From an uncultured Gemmatimonadales bacterium (GTDB lineage: Bacteria; Gemmatimonadota; Gemmatimonadetes; Longimicrobiales; RSA9): a DNA stretch of 64,000 bases. Position numbers and translations under genes: made by a program. The notes under the pieces were generated by a model. The model was not told the origin of the DNA. It made no database searches and worked only from the letters and a program-made list of their open reading frames with translations. Each line of letters begins with the position of its first letter. The first letter of the stretch is position 1. This document shows positions 8,475-18,252 of the stretch, piece by piece. Location of the stretch: contig CAWCRS010000003.1 in assembly GCA_963798085.1 (NCBI GenBank), forward strand, positions 736,001-800,000. Direction: 5' to 3'.

Positions 8475-9214
8475 GTGTCCTCCCTGAGGTTGCCGCGACC
8501 GCCTTCATTGCCTGCATGGTCCGCGCTGGCCGGTCCCTGCCGCACGACACCGGGCGCGATGACCGTACCTTCGAGCAGTCTGCCCGTCGCCGCGCGCACC
8601 GAAACCCGTCCGCCCAGCGGCGCCGCACCCGCGGCCCGGCCGGACAGTGTGATGGTGACCTGTCCACGTGTCACGATGAGCTGCACGGTATCACCCGGCC
8701 GCACCGCCAGCGGCGGCTCCACCGCGGGCGAGCGCAACGGCTCTCCCGCGCTGATGCGACGCTTCACGGTCCACCCTGAGACTGGCTCCGTGGTAGTGCG
8801 GGGTGGCCCCCATTGCAGCTCGCTGTCCAGCCGCATGTCTGCGGCGCTCAGTGTGGCGCCGCGCTCGAGGTCGTGGGCCGCCACCTGCACGGTGGCCAGC
8901 ACACCGGCGCGCACCAGCAGCCGCTTCTCGACGCCGGCCGCAGTGCAGGCGACGATCCAGGTACCGTCCTGGCCGTCGCCCAGAAGCCGCACTGCGTCCG
9001 CCGCTGCCGGCCATTGCGCCGGGGGCGAAGGTTCGACGCGCACGCGTGCGGCGGCCACGCCCCAGCGCGCCGCCACCGCCTGCGCCACTGCCTCGGCAAT
9101 GGCCAGACCGGCCGGTGCCCCGGCGGGCCGGACCGCATCGCCTGCATCCTGCGCGCGCAGCGGTCCGCCGGCCAGCAGCAGCACGGCAAATAGCGTGTTA
9201 GCGAAGCAGCGCAT
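8471..9214 (-). CDS. flgA: P-ring assembly chaperone FlgA
   Basis: Signal peptide; SAF domain (VAAHDLERGATL); PPLAVRPGDTV...G.A C-terminus. Start uncertain. Confidence 0.88.
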   Translation of the reverse strand: MRCFANTLFAVLLLAGGPLRAQDAGDAVRPAGAPAGLAIAEAVAQAVAARWGVAAARVRVEPSPPAQWPAAADAVRLLGDGQDGTWIVACTAAGVEKRLLVRAGVLATVQVAAHDLERGATLSAADMRLDSELQWGPPRTTTEPVSGWTVKRRISAGEPLRSPAVEPPLAVRPGDTVQLIVTRGQVTITLSGRAAGAAPLGGRVSVRAATGRLLEGTVIAPGVVRQGPASADHAGNEGGRGNLREDT

Positions 9215-9986
9215 TCGTCTCCTGTGACATGTCATCGCCCGCCTTCACCGCCTTGGAGTTGACCTCGTAGGCGCGCAGGGCCGCGATCATGTCGACCATT
9301 TCCTGCACCACTTCCACGTTGCTGGCCTCGAGCGAGCCCTGGATCAGGCGGCCGAAGCCGTTCTCCTGGGGCAGTCCCTCGGTCGGCTCACCGGACGCGA
9401 CGGTCTGCACGAACAGGTTCTCACCCATGGCGCGCAGACCCGTGGGATTGGCGAAGCGCACCAGCGAGAGGCGGCCCAGCTCGACGGGATTGGCGACGTC
9501 ACTGGTCACGGCCGTGATGACGCCGGTCTGTGAGACCGAGACCTCGCGTGCATCGGGCGGCAGGGTAATGCCGGGCTCGACGATGTAGCCGCCGTGTGTG
9601 ACGATGGTGCCCTGGTCGGACACCGAGAGGTTGCCATCGCGCGTGTAGGCCTGCGTGCCGTCCGGCATGGTGACGGCGAAGAAGCCTTCGCCATCAATGG
9701 CCAGGTCCAGCGGCCGGCCCGTCTGCTCGAGTGCGCCCTGCTCATCGATGCGCTGCACCGCGGCCAGCCGCGTGCCTCGCCCGATCTGCACGGCTTCCGT
9801 GGTCTGTGCGGCGCTGCCGCCCACGGTGGCCGGCGCTTCGACCATCTGATAGAGCAGATCCTCGAAGTGCGCGCGGCTGCGCTTGAAGCCGGTCGTGTTC
9901 ACGTTTGCCAGGTTGTTGGCGATCACTTCGACGCGCAGCTGCTGCGCCGTCATGCCGGTGGCCGCCGTGCGAAGTCCTGGATCCAT
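9198..9986 (-). CDS. flgG: Distal rod protein FlgG
   Basis: TAATGMTAQQ...IANNLANVNTTGFK...FEDLLYQ and LEASNVEVVQEMVDMI motifs. Confidence 0.97.
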   Translation of the reverse strand: MDPGLRTAATGMTAQQLRVEVIANNLANVNTTGFKRSRAHFEDLLYQMVEAPATVGGSAAQTTEAVQIGRGTRLAAVQRIDEQGALEQTGRPLDLAIDGEGFFAVTMPDGTQAYTRDGNLSVSDQGTIVTHGGYIVEPGITLPPDAREVSVSQTGVITAVTSDVANPVELGRLSLVRFANPTGLRAMGENLFVQTVASGEPTEGLPQENGFGRLIQGSLEASNVEVVQEMVDMIAALRAYEVNSKAVKAGDDMSQETNALLR

Positions 9987-10020
9987 GGCTCTCGTCCTCT
10001 GGTTGCCGGTACGGTCGCGA

Positions 10021-10722
10021 TCAGCCCACACGGCCAATGCGGTTGACGACGGTGTCCATGACGCCGTCGAGCGTGCGCACGCCGCCCAGGACCGAGGCGT
10101 AGGCGCGCTGGATCGTGATCAGCTCGACCATGGAGTCGAGTGTGTTGGTGTTGCTGTCTTCGAGGTGGCCCTGGCGTACGCCCGAGTCCGGTCCCTTGAT
10201 CGGCGTGGTCGGCCCCCTGGCGACGTAGAGGGAGCCCGCCTGGTGCTCCAGCTGATCCATCGAGCCCACGGACTCGATGCGCAGCCGTCCCAGCCTGTTG
10301 CCGTTGGCGCGCACCGTGCCGTCCTGCTCGATGGCGAGGGTCGCGCCCTCGGGCACGGTGATGGGGCCGTCCTCCCCTAACAGTGCGTTACCGGATGTGT
10401 CGACAATGCGGCTCCGGTCATCCAGCTGGAAGCCGCCGCCGCGCGTCAGGCGCTCGCCCTGCGGTGTGGAGACGACGAAGAAGCGGTCGTCACCCACGAG
10501 CGCGAGGTCGAGCGGATTGCCGGTGGGGCGCAGCCCGCCACTGCGCGCATCCGTGCGCGCGCCAATGTCGACGGTTGCGTCCCCCAGCAGTCGCGCAAAC
10601 ACCCGCTCAGCCTTGAAGCCTGGTGTCTCCGCGTTGGCCAGGTTGTTGGTGGCGACCTGCTGACGCAGCTCCCAGTAGCGGAGCGCTGCGGCCGCGTCGC
10701 CCAGTGATCCGGGTCCGTTCAT
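10021..10722 (-). CDS. flgF: Proximal rod protein FlgF
   Basis: NNLANAETPGFK, TGNPLDLAL, LTRGG and QGHLEDSN motifs. Start moved to ATG 10722 because a sigma54 promoter lies at 10748-10762. Confidence 0.9.
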   Translation of the reverse strand: MNGPGSLGDAAAALRYWELRQQVATNNLANAETPGFKAERVFARLLGDATVDIGARTDARSGGLRPTGNPLDLALVGDDRFFVVSTPQGERLTRGGGFQLDDRSRIVDTSGNALLGEDGPITVPEGATLAIEQDGTVRANGNRLGRLRIESVGSMDQLEHQAGSLYVARGPTTPIKGPDSGVRQGHLEDSNTNTLDSMVELITIQRAYASVLGGVRTLDGVMDTVVNRIGRVG

Positions 10723-10747
10723 CGTGATCCTCCCGGTGAGGCAGGGG

Positions 10748-10762
10748 GCAACGGTCGTGCCA
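10748..10762 (-). promoter_or_regulatory. Sigma54 -24/-12 promoter of the flgF operon
   Basis: Exact consensus TGGCACG-ACCG-TTGC. Confidence 0.88.
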
Positions 10763-10800
10763 TTGCGCAGGGTTCTCGCCGCATCAGCCATCCCTCGCCA

Positions 10801-10813
10801 TATCAGTGTGTTA
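10801..10813 (+). promoter_or_regulatory. IHF-like site
   Basis: TATCAGTGTGTTA matches WATCAR-N4-TTR and lies between the sigma54 promoter and the putative enhancer. Confidence 0.55.
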
Positions 10814-11933
10814 GAGCAGTTGCCGCAGTCCTGGCCTGACCCTGCCGCGGCCCCCGTCGAGGGGAAGTTTCTGCCGCAACCGGCAGCTTTGGCCGACCCG
10901 TCACCAGCAGCACGGCCGCGTCACGCGGCAGTCCGGTCTGGCGTGCAATGGCCTCCGCGTCCAGCCCCTTCTGCGCCAGTGTGCGCGCCGCCCACACGCG
11001 CGCGTCCGCATTGATGGCGGCGGCCGGCACTGCCGTCGACCGCCGTGGCCGCCGCAGCCAGGTCACGCCCAGAGCCAGCAGCGCGAGCGCGATGGCGCCC
11101 GAGACAATGGGCAGAACGGGCAGCCTGCCCGGCACGGTCGCGATGCGCCTCGCCGCGGCCGCGAGGGTCGAGCCTGCTGCGCGTATGGCCCGTGTCAGCC
11201 GCGCGGGCACGCTGCGCAGTGTTGCCAGCACCGTGGCTGTCGCGCTGCTGCGTGTGGGCGCTGCCTGCTGTGGCGGCTGACCCTGCGTGGCGCCCGCCCT
11301 GCCCTGCATCCCGCTGTTCGGGTTGTCGGTCGCTTCCCTGCCGGACCCGGCCGAGCGGGCGGCGGCGCGGGCCGCGGTAACGGGCAGCACCGGTGTTATT
11401 GCAGTGTTAGCACGGCCGCTGCTGTCGGGTTCGAGCCAGAGGCTGGCGCCGGCGTCGTCGTCTATCATGCCATAGGCGCGCAGGCCGGGCGCATCCACGA
11501 TGAGGCGCAGCGTGTCGGCGCTCGTTTCCGCGTTGAGCGCCAGCAGACCGGCCGCGCTCACGGCTGCTTCATCCGCGGCGGCGGGTGCCGGTGTGCCCGT
11601 GAGGGTGACATAGAGACGGACCCGGCCTTCGAGCAGGAACGGCTCGCTCAGCACGGGCAGGGCGCTGGTGTGCATGCCGGTGTGCACGTAGACGCGGTCC
11701 GCGTCGCGTTCCACGCGCAGCCGTGCCGTGGCGGGTGCCCCGCCCGAGCGATGCGTCGCGGCCGGGACGGGCGCCGGCGGCACGTGCACCCTGATGTGCG
11801 GCATGGCAATGACGGGCAGGCCCACACCGAGCGTGTCCTGCGCCGCCAGCTGTGCCGCCAGGCAGCAGAGTGCGGTAATGGCCAGCAGTGCCACGCGCGT
11901 GGCGAGGCCGGTGGCAGATTCGTGCTTCCGCAT
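10803..11933 (-). CDS. Hypothetical membrane protein after fliA, with C-terminal HTH-like (DUF2802/SwrB-like) segment
   Basis: Signal peptide, low-complexity middle, one TM helix (IVSGAIALALLALGVTWL), then ARTLAQKGLDAEAIARQTGLPRDAAVLL. Confidence 0.65.
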   Translation of the reverse strand: MRKHESATGLATRVALLAITALCCLAAQLAAQDTLGVGLPVIAMPHIRVHVPPAPVPAATHRSGGAPATARLRVERDADRVYVHTGMHTSALPVLSEPFLLEGRVRLYVTLTGTPAPAAADEAAVSAAGLLALNAETSADTLRLIVDAPGLRAYGMIDDDAGASLWLEPDSSGRANTAITPVLPVTAARAAARSAGSGREATDNPNSGMQGRAGATQGQPPQQAAPTRSSATATVLATLRSVPARLTRAIRAAGSTLAAAARRIATVPGRLPVLPIVSGAIALALLALGVTWLRRPRRSTAVPAAAINADARVWAARTLAQKGLDAEAIARQTGLPRDAAVLLVTGRPKLPVAAETSPRRGPRQGQARTAATALTH

Positions 11934-12706
11934 CAGTCTTCCTCCCGCAGGTGGCGCATGCGCGTGCGCAGCGTCTTCAGCGCCTTGGTGCGGATCTGTG
12001 ATACGCGTGATTCGGTGATGCCCAGGACTTCCGCGATCTGGCGCAGCTTCAGCTCGTCGTAGTAGTAGAGCATGAGCACGATGCGCTCGCGGTCGCCCAG
12101 CTTGAGGAACTCGCGGCGCATGGCCAGCCGCTCTTCGTCGAAGCCGATGCGCTCGTCCACTTCATCGCCGGAAGCGCCCGCGATCAGCTCGCCGATCGTG
12201 GGGCCTTCGCCTTCCGCGTTGCGTGTGGGCTGGTCCAGCGACACCTGCGATGCGCGGCGTGCGGCGGACTTCCAGCGGTGCAGCGTTTCCAGATCGATCT
12301 GCATGCGCTCGGCCGTCTGCCGGGCGCTGACCTCGCCGTCCTGCTCCGCCGCCACCTCGCGCTCGGCGCGCGCGATCAGGCGCTGGCGCTTGCGCACGGT
12401 GCGTGCGGCAATGTCGGACCTGCGCAGGTCATCGATGATGGCGCCCCGTATGCGCGGCACGGCGAAGGTGCTGAACGCGAGGCCGCGCTCGGGCTCGTAG
12501 GTGTCGATCGCGCCGAGCAGGCCGATGCAGCCGGCATTCACCAGGTCGTCCAGCTGCACATTGCCGCTCAAACGCCGCATTATGGTGCGCGCCACGTGGT
12601 AGACGAGGGGCAGATGCTTTTCCACTATGCGATCGCGTGTCCCCGCATTGCGCGAGGCCACGTAGTCATTCCAGAGCGTCGTCGCTTCCGATTCCATGTT
12701 CTGCAT
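11933..12706 (-). CDS. fliA: Flagellar sigma factor FliA/WhiG (sigma28)
   Basis: DDLVNAGCIGLL, FSTFAVPRIRGAIIDDLR and LYYYDELKLRQIAEVLGITESRVSQI motifs. Confidence 0.97.
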   Translation of the reverse strand: MQNMESEATTLWNDYVASRNAGTRDRIVEKHLPLVYHVARTIMRRLSGNVQLDDLVNAGCIGLLGAIDTYEPERGLAFSTFAVPRIRGAIIDDLRRSDIAARTVRKRQRLIARAEREVAAEQDGEVSARQTAERMQIDLETLHRWKSAARRASQVSLDQPTRNAEGEGPTIGELIAGASGDEVDERIGFDEERLAMRREFLKLGDRERIVLMLYYYDELKLRQIAEVLGITESRVSQIRTKALKTLRTRMRHLREED

Positions 12707-13509
12707 CAGGTCACGTGCAGGGGCGCGAAGCTGCGTCGCGCGGGCCGGCCCAGCAGCAGTTCAGCGAGCAGGCGGGCAGCCAGTCTCGCGGGACCATCCG
12801 TGGTGGCGGGGGACTGTCCGGTTTCGGTGGCCGAGCGCAGCGCTCCATCTTCCGGAATCACGCCGGCCGGCGTCACCGTACGACTGAGGAACTCCTCGAC
12901 ACCGGCGGCCACCGCGGCGAACGCGGCACTGCCTTCCGCCGGATCACAGCGGTTGAACAGCACCGCGACCGGCAGCGCCGTGAACTTCTCGCTCACGTAC
13001 TTGACGAGCGCGTAGGTGGCCACGGTGCTGAGACGGTCGTGGCTGCCCACGGCGAGGAAGATGCCGGCGCCCGCGGGCACGGCCGCACCCACCGCCTCGC
13101 AGGTTGCGCCCGCATCGACCACGACGAACGCGTAGTCGTCGTAGCGGGTGGCAATGCGGCGCAGTGCGGCCCGCCGTTCGCCGGTGCTCAGCTGCCCGCC
13201 TGCCTCCACGCTGACGAGGGTCAGGTGGGGCGAGAGCGTGCGGTACGCGGGTAACCCTGCGTTAGCATCGTCGCCTGCCATGACCGGCAGACCCAGCAGC
13301 GAGCTGATGGAGCTGCCCGAGGGCGAGGCATTGACGAGCAGCGTGTCGCGACCGAGCTGGGCGCCGCCCATGGCTACGAGCGTGCTTACGGTGGACACGC
13401 CCACGCCGCCCTTGCCGCCGCCCACGACGACCGCCTGCGTGACCGGGCGCCACGCACCGGTCGGGCGGGCGCCAACGAAGGCGCGCAGTGTTTCCAGCTG
13501 GCGACTCAT
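12706..13509 (-). CDS. flhG: FlhG/FleN MinD-like protein (degenerate Walker A)
   Basis: GGKGGVGVST, VVVDAGA and TYALVK motifs; lies between flhF and fliA. Confidence 0.82.
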   Translation of the reverse strand: MSRQLETLRAFVGARPTGAWRPVTQAVVVGGGKGGVGVSTVSTLVAMGGAQLGRDTLLVNASPSGSSISSLLGLPVMAGDDANAGLPAYRTLSPHLTLVSVEAGGQLSTGERRAALRRIATRYDDYAFVVVDAGATCEAVGAAVPAGAGIFLAVGSHDRLSTVATYALVKYVSEKFTALPVAVLFNRCDPAEGSAAFAAVAAGVEEFLSRTVTPAGVIPEDGALRSATETGQSPATTDGPARLAARLLAELLLGRPARRSFAPLHVT

Positions 13510-14294
13510 GGCCGGCTCACCGCGTTCACGGTGCGTGCCTGGCGCCGTACGGCTGCAGGCCTGGCCGCGGCCAGGTCATCGGGAACGCCGGGACCGTCGC
13601 TGAGCCAGCGCGCGGGCAGCGCCAGCGCTTCCGCCAGCTCGGTCACGCCCGCGCGGCCCGGCACTTCATTGAGCATGGTGAGCAGCGCGTGTGTGGGCCG
13701 GCAGCGGCGCAGTGCGTCGCGCATGGCGACGGCCACGTCGGCGCGCATGCTCGCGGGAATCACGAGGTGCACTTCGTCGGCCTGCAGTGCGGCGAGCGAC
13801 GCCTGCCAGTCGAGATCCAGCACACCGCGGAGTCCGCGTCCGGGGGTGTCCACGATCACGACATCGCAATCACTCAACCGGTGCATCGCCTGACTCACGC
13901 CGGCGGCGTCGTACGCCACTTCCAGCGGCAGTCCCACGATCTCGGCAAACACCTGCAGCTGTTCCACCGCGGCCGCGCGGTAGGTATCGAGCGTCAGCAG
14001 ACCCACGCTGCGGCCGGCAAAACCCGCGCTGTGCAGGGCCAGCTTCACGGCGGTGGTGGTCTTGCCCGCGCCGGGTGGACCAATGAGTGCGACGACGTAC
14101 ACGCCGCGTTCCTGGCGCAGCTGCTCGCCGGCTTCTTCCGCGAGTGCCGCGGGTGCGGCCATCACCTCGTAGCCGGACCGTCCGGTTTCGGCGGGGCCGC
14201 GCACGGAGACGATGACGACGTCGTCGCCCAGCGCCTGCCGTGCTTCCTCGAGCAGCCGCGTCAGATCGGGGCCGCGAAAGATTTCAGCCTGCAT
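13506..14294 (-). CDS. flhF: SRP-type GTPase FlhF (short)
   Basis: N-terminal LGDDVVIVS; GPPGAGKTTT, DTYRAAAVEQL and DTPG motifs. Confidence 0.9.
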   Translation of the reverse strand: MQAEIFRGPDLTRLLEEARQALGDDVVIVSVRGPAETGRSGYEVMAAPAALAEEAGEQLRQERGVYVVALIGPPGAGKTTTAVKLALHSAGFAGRSVGLLTLDTYRAAAVEQLQVFAEIVGLPLEVAYDAAGVSQAMHRLSDCDVVIVDTPGRGLRGVLDLDWQASLAALQADEVHLVIPASMRADVAVAMRDALRRCRPTHALLTMLNEVPGRAGVTELAEALALPARWLSDGPGVPDDLAAARPAAVRRQARTVNAVSRP

Positions 14295-16377
14295 CGTTCC
14301 AGTCCCAGACAGCCACGGTGTCGAGCGTCACCTGCGGTGGCAGCTCGGCCAGTGACAAAACAGGAATGTTAGGGAGCACGGGCTCGAGCAGGCGGCGCAC
14401 GCCGACACGCAGTGTGGGCGGCGTCACCAGCACGACCGGGTGGCCATCGCCACCGTGCTTGCGGGCCAGCGCATCGAGCCGGCGCATCAGGTCGGTGAGC
14501 TGATCCGGCCCGGGCAGGGAAGCCGGCCCCTTGTTGCCGCGCGGGCTGAAGAAGCCCATGAGCGTGGCCTCGAGACGGGGCGAGAGCACGATGCCGCGCA
14601 GTGTGCCGGCCTCGTCGACGTGCTGCTCGCTGATGACCTTGCCCAGCGAGCGGCGAACGTGCTCGACCAGAATCTCCGGGTCCTTCGTCGAGTCGGCGAC
14701 ATCGGCCACCGCCTCGAGGATCGTGACCAGGTCGCGAATGGGCACACGCTCGCGCAGCAGGCGCTGCAGCACGCGGTGCAGCACACCCAGCGAGACCCTG
14801 GCCGGCACGATCTCGTCGACCAGCGCCGGGTACGTGCGCTTGAGCGAATCCAGCATCGCCTGCACGTCCTGCCGGCCCAGCAGCTCGGCGGCGTTGGACT
14901 TGAGCGTCTCCATCAGGTGCGTGGAGATCACCGTGCCCGGCTCGACCACCACATAACCCGCTGTTTCCGCCTGCTCCTTCTGGGGCGGCATGATCCACAC
15001 GCCGGGCATGCCGAAGCTCGGATCCTGCGTGGGAATGCCATCGACGCGCTGCGAGGTGCCGCCCGCGTCCAGCGCCAGCAGCATGCGCGGCATGATCTCG
15101 CCGCGCGCCACTTCGGACCCGCGCAGGCGGACCACATATTCGCTGGCGCCCAGCCGGATGTCGTCGCGGATGCGGATGCGGGGGACGAGAATGCCCAGCT
15201 CCGTAGCAGCCTGTTTGCGCAGCATGCGGATGCGCTCGAGCAGATCGCCGCCGTGGCGCTCATCCACGAGCGGGATCAGGCCGTAGCCCACCTCCAGCTC
15301 GACGGGATCCACCTGCAGCAGATCCTGCACGGTGGTGTCCACCGGCACCGGCGCCTTGGCCTCCGCCTGCGGCGTGACCTGGACCGTGCGCTGCGCCTCT
15401 TCATTGTGACGCGTCGCGGCGCGTGCGCCCAGCGCGGCGACCGCAGCCAGCGCGAGGAACGGAATCGTGGGCATGCCCGGCACAATGGCGAGGCCGGCCA
15501 GGAACGCGGAGGACAGCCACATGGCGCGCGGCTGGCGCGCCACCTGCGTGATCATGGCCGCACCGAGGCGCACACCACCCGCGGAGTACGTCACCATGAT
15601 GCCCGCGGCGGTGCTGACGATCAGCGCCGGCACCTGGTTGGCGAGACCGTCGCCCACGGTCAACACGGTGTATTGCGAGACCGCGCGCGAGAAGGGCAGT
15701 CCGCGCTGCACCACACCAATGAAGATGCCGCCCAGGATGTTGATGGCGGTGATGAGCAGTCCGGCAATGGCATCGCCGCGCACGAACTTGGCCGCGCCGT
15801 CCATGGCGCCATAGAAATCGGCCTGGCGCGAGATCTCCGAGCGCCGGCGCCTGGCTTCCGTGTCATCGATGAGGCCGGCGCTCAGGTCGGCATCAATGCT
15901 CATCTGCCGGCCCGGCATCGCATCCAGCGTGAACCTGGCCGCGACTTCGGCAATGCGGCCCGCGCCTTTCGTGATCACCACGAAGTTGATGATCACGAGG
16001 ATGACGAACAGCACGATGCCGACGGCGTAGTTGCCGCCCACCACGAACTGGCCGAACGCCTGGATGACGTGGCCGGCCTGGCCCCGGCTCAGGATCAGTC
16101 GCGTGCTGCTGACGTTCAGCGCCAGCCGGAACAGCGTCATCAGCAGCAGCGCAGTAGGGAAGACACTGAACTCGAGCGGATCCGTGGTGTGCAGTGCCAC
16201 CAGGAACATGATGAGCGACGACGTGATGCTCGCGGCCAGCAGCAGATCCAGCACGAAGGGCGGCAGGGGCAGCACGAGCAGTGCGACAATGAAGACGATG
16301 CCGGCGACGACCGTGATTTCCGGCCAGCGGCCGCGCAGTCCGGGCGCGAGAGGCAGGGCGGTGGCGGTCGTGCTCAT
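14284..16377 (-). CDS. flhA: Export gate protein FlhA
   Basis: TKGAGRIAEVAARFTLDAMPGRQMSIDADL and FYGAMDGAAKFVRGDAIAG motifs. Confidence 0.99.
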   Translation of the reverse strand: MSTTATALPLAPGLRGRWPEITVVAGIVFIVALLVLPLPPFVLDLLLAASITSSLIMFLVALHTTDPLEFSVFPTALLLMTLFRLALNVSSTRLILSRGQAGHVIQAFGQFVVGGNYAVGIVLFVILVIINFVVITKGAGRIAEVAARFTLDAMPGRQMSIDADLSAGLIDDTEARRRRSEISRQADFYGAMDGAAKFVRGDAIAGLLITAINILGGIFIGVVQRGLPFSRAVSQYTVLTVGDGLANQVPALIVSTAAGIMVTYSAGGVRLGAAMITQVARQPRAMWLSSAFLAGLAIVPGMPTIPFLALAAVAALGARAATRHNEEAQRTVQVTPQAEAKAPVPVDTTVQDLLQVDPVELEVGYGLIPLVDERHGGDLLERIRMLRKQAATELGILVPRIRIRDDIRLGASEYVVRLRGSEVARGEIMPRMLLALDAGGTSQRVDGIPTQDPSFGMPGVWIMPPQKEQAETAGYVVVEPGTVISTHLMETLKSNAAELLGRQDVQAMLDSLKRTYPALVDEIVPARVSLGVLHRVLQRLLRERVPIRDLVTILEAVADVADSTKDPEILVEHVRRSLGKVISEQHVDEAGTLRGIVLSPRLEATLMGFFSPRGNKGPASLPGPDQLTDLMRRLDALARKHGGDGHPVVLVTPPTLRVGVRRLLEPVLPNIPVLSLAELPPQVTLDTVAVWDWNDAG

Positions 16378-17474
16378 GCGCTGGTGCTCCCCTGCCACGC
16401 CTCAGTCGCCATGCCGCGGCGCCGCTTGTAGACGAATGCCAGCACCTCGGCGACGGCCACGTACAGCTCGGGCGGAATGGGAAGTCCTACGCGGCCGGCG
16501 GCGAACAGCGCGCGCGCCAGCGGCTTGTCCTCGATGACCGGCACGCCCGACTCGTACGCCAGCTTCTTGATGCGCTCCGCGACCTTGCGCTCGCCCATGG
16601 CCAGCACAATGGGTGCAATGGAAATGAGCGGATCGTACTGCAGCGCGACGGCGATGTGCGTGGGGTTCGTCACCACGACATCCGCTTTGGTCACGTCCTT
16701 GAACATCTGCTTGCGCACGAGTGCGCGGCCCAGATTGCGCAGGCGTGCGCGGTTCTGCGGGTCGCCTTCCGATTCCTTCAGCTCCTGCCGCACTTCATCC
16801 TTCGTCATACGCAGCTGCTTCTCGTGCTGCCACAGCTGGAAAGCGTAGTCGGCGGCGGCGAGGAACAGGTAGGTGCTGCCGGCCGTGAACAGCAGCCGTA
16901 TCGCGAAGCGGCCCAGCCAGTGCGCCAGCACGGCGGGATCCTGCTGGCCCAGCGTGAGAATGTCGGACCACGCGTGACGCAGTGTCAGGAACAGCGCGCC
17001 GCCCACAATGCCGAGTTTGAACAGCGACTTGGCCAGCTCGGCGAGCGCGCGCACACCCCAGATGCGGCTGATGTTCTTGTGCGGCGCAATGCGCGACCAG
17101 TCGGGCTGGATGGGCTGTGCGCTGAGCACGCCCCTCGCCTGTGCCGCGGCCAGTATCAGCCCCGTCAGCGCGAGTCCGCCGAAAAGCGGTGCGGTCGCAG
17201 TCGCAGTCTGCCGCGCGATGCCGCGGATCCACTCCGCATTGGCGCCGGCGCCGGCCAGCGGTGTGCCCGCGCGCATGGTGCCTTCGCTCAGCAGTCTGGC
17301 GAAGGTGCCCGTCATGAACGGTCCCATCGCCCACAGCAGTCCGCCCGCTGCCAGCAGCAGCAGTGCAGTGGTCAGCTCCTGGCTGCGCGGTACCTGCCCC
17401 TTGTCGTGCGCATCCTTGCGCTTGCGCGGGGTCGCGGCTTCGGTGCGGTCCTGGAGTGATTCGCCGCCCGCCAC
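16374..17474 (-). CDS. flhB: Export switch protein FlhB
   Basis: TEAATPRK, EGDP and NPTH autocleavage motif. Confidence 0.98.
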   Translation of the reverse strand: MAGGESLQDRTEAATPRKRKDAHDKGQVPRSQELTTALLLLAAGGLLWAMGPFMTGTFARLLSEGTMRAGTPLAGAGANAEWIRGIARQTATATAPLFGGLALTGLILAAAQARGVLSAQPIQPDWSRIAPHKNISRIWGVRALAELAKSLFKLGIVGGALFLTLRHAWSDILTLGQQDPAVLAHWLGRFAIRLLFTAGSTYLFLAAADYAFQLWQHEKQLRMTKDEVRQELKESEGDPQNRARLRNLGRALVRKQMFKDVTKADVVVTNPTHIAVALQYDPLISIAPIVLAMGERKVAERIKKLAYESGVPVIEDKPLARALFAAGRVGLPIPPELYVAVAEVLAFVYKRRRGMATEAWQGSTSA

Positions 17475-17475
17475 G

Positions 17476-18252
17476 CTACCTCGCTCCCAGCGCGCCCAGC
17501 AGGTCGCGCACCACCGTCTGGTAGTATCCGGGAAAACCGCTGACGGAAACGCCCAGCAGCGGCAGCGACAGCGCCAGCACGCCCAGGCCCATCACGATCT
17601 GCAGCGGATACGCCAGCATGAAGACCTGCAGCTGCGGCGCAGTGCGCGCCAGGACACCCATCGCGATGTTGCCCACGAACACGGCCGCGATCACGGGCGA
17701 TGCCAGCTTGAGTCCCATTGCGAACAGCGCGCTGCCCAGGTGCACCATGGCCATGGTGCCCTGCTGCAGCTCAATGGGCGAGCCGGGCGGCAGCAGTGTG
17801 GTGCTGTCGGCCAGCGCCTGCAGCATCAGCAGGTGGCCGTTCATGGCTAACACAAGTGTTATAACCACCAGCTTCATGAAGTCGCCCATGGTCTGCGACT
17901 GCTGACTGGTCAGGGGATCGAGGCTGCCTGCGCCCGAGAGACCGGTCTGCAGTGCCAGCACATCGCCAGCGACTTCGGCGCCGCCCACGAACACGGCGGC
18001 GCCCATGCCCAGAGCGAAGCCGATCAGCAGCTCGGACATCAGCGTGCCCGGACCCACGGCAGGAAAGGGGCCGCCCGCGAGCACGACCGGTGCGAACGCG
18101 GCTGTCAGCGCGACCATCAGTGCCGCGCGCACACCGGCCGGCACCGTGCGCGCCGAGAAGACGGGCGCGACCAGCATGAGACCGCCCAGGCGGGTGGCGA
18201 CCAGCGCAATGCCCGCGGCCGGGCCCGGCTCGAAAGGATTCAGCACACTCAC
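17476..18252 (-). CDS. fliR: FliR
   Basis: RLGGLMLVAPVFS and ARTAPQLQVF motifs; hydrophobic. Confidence 0.95.
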   Translation of the reverse strand: MSVLNPFEPGPAAGIALVATRLGGLMLVAPVFSARTVPAGVRAALMVALTAAFAPVVLAGGPFPAVGPGTLMSELLIGFALGMGAAVFVGGAEVAGDVLALQTGLSGAGSLDPLTSQQSQTMGDFMKLVVITLVLAMNGHLLMLQALADSTTLLPPGSPIELQQGTMAMVHLGSALFAMGLKLASPVIAAVFVGNIAMGVLARTAPQLQVFMLAYPLQIVMGLGVLALSLPLLGVSVSGFPGYYQTVVRDLLGALGAR

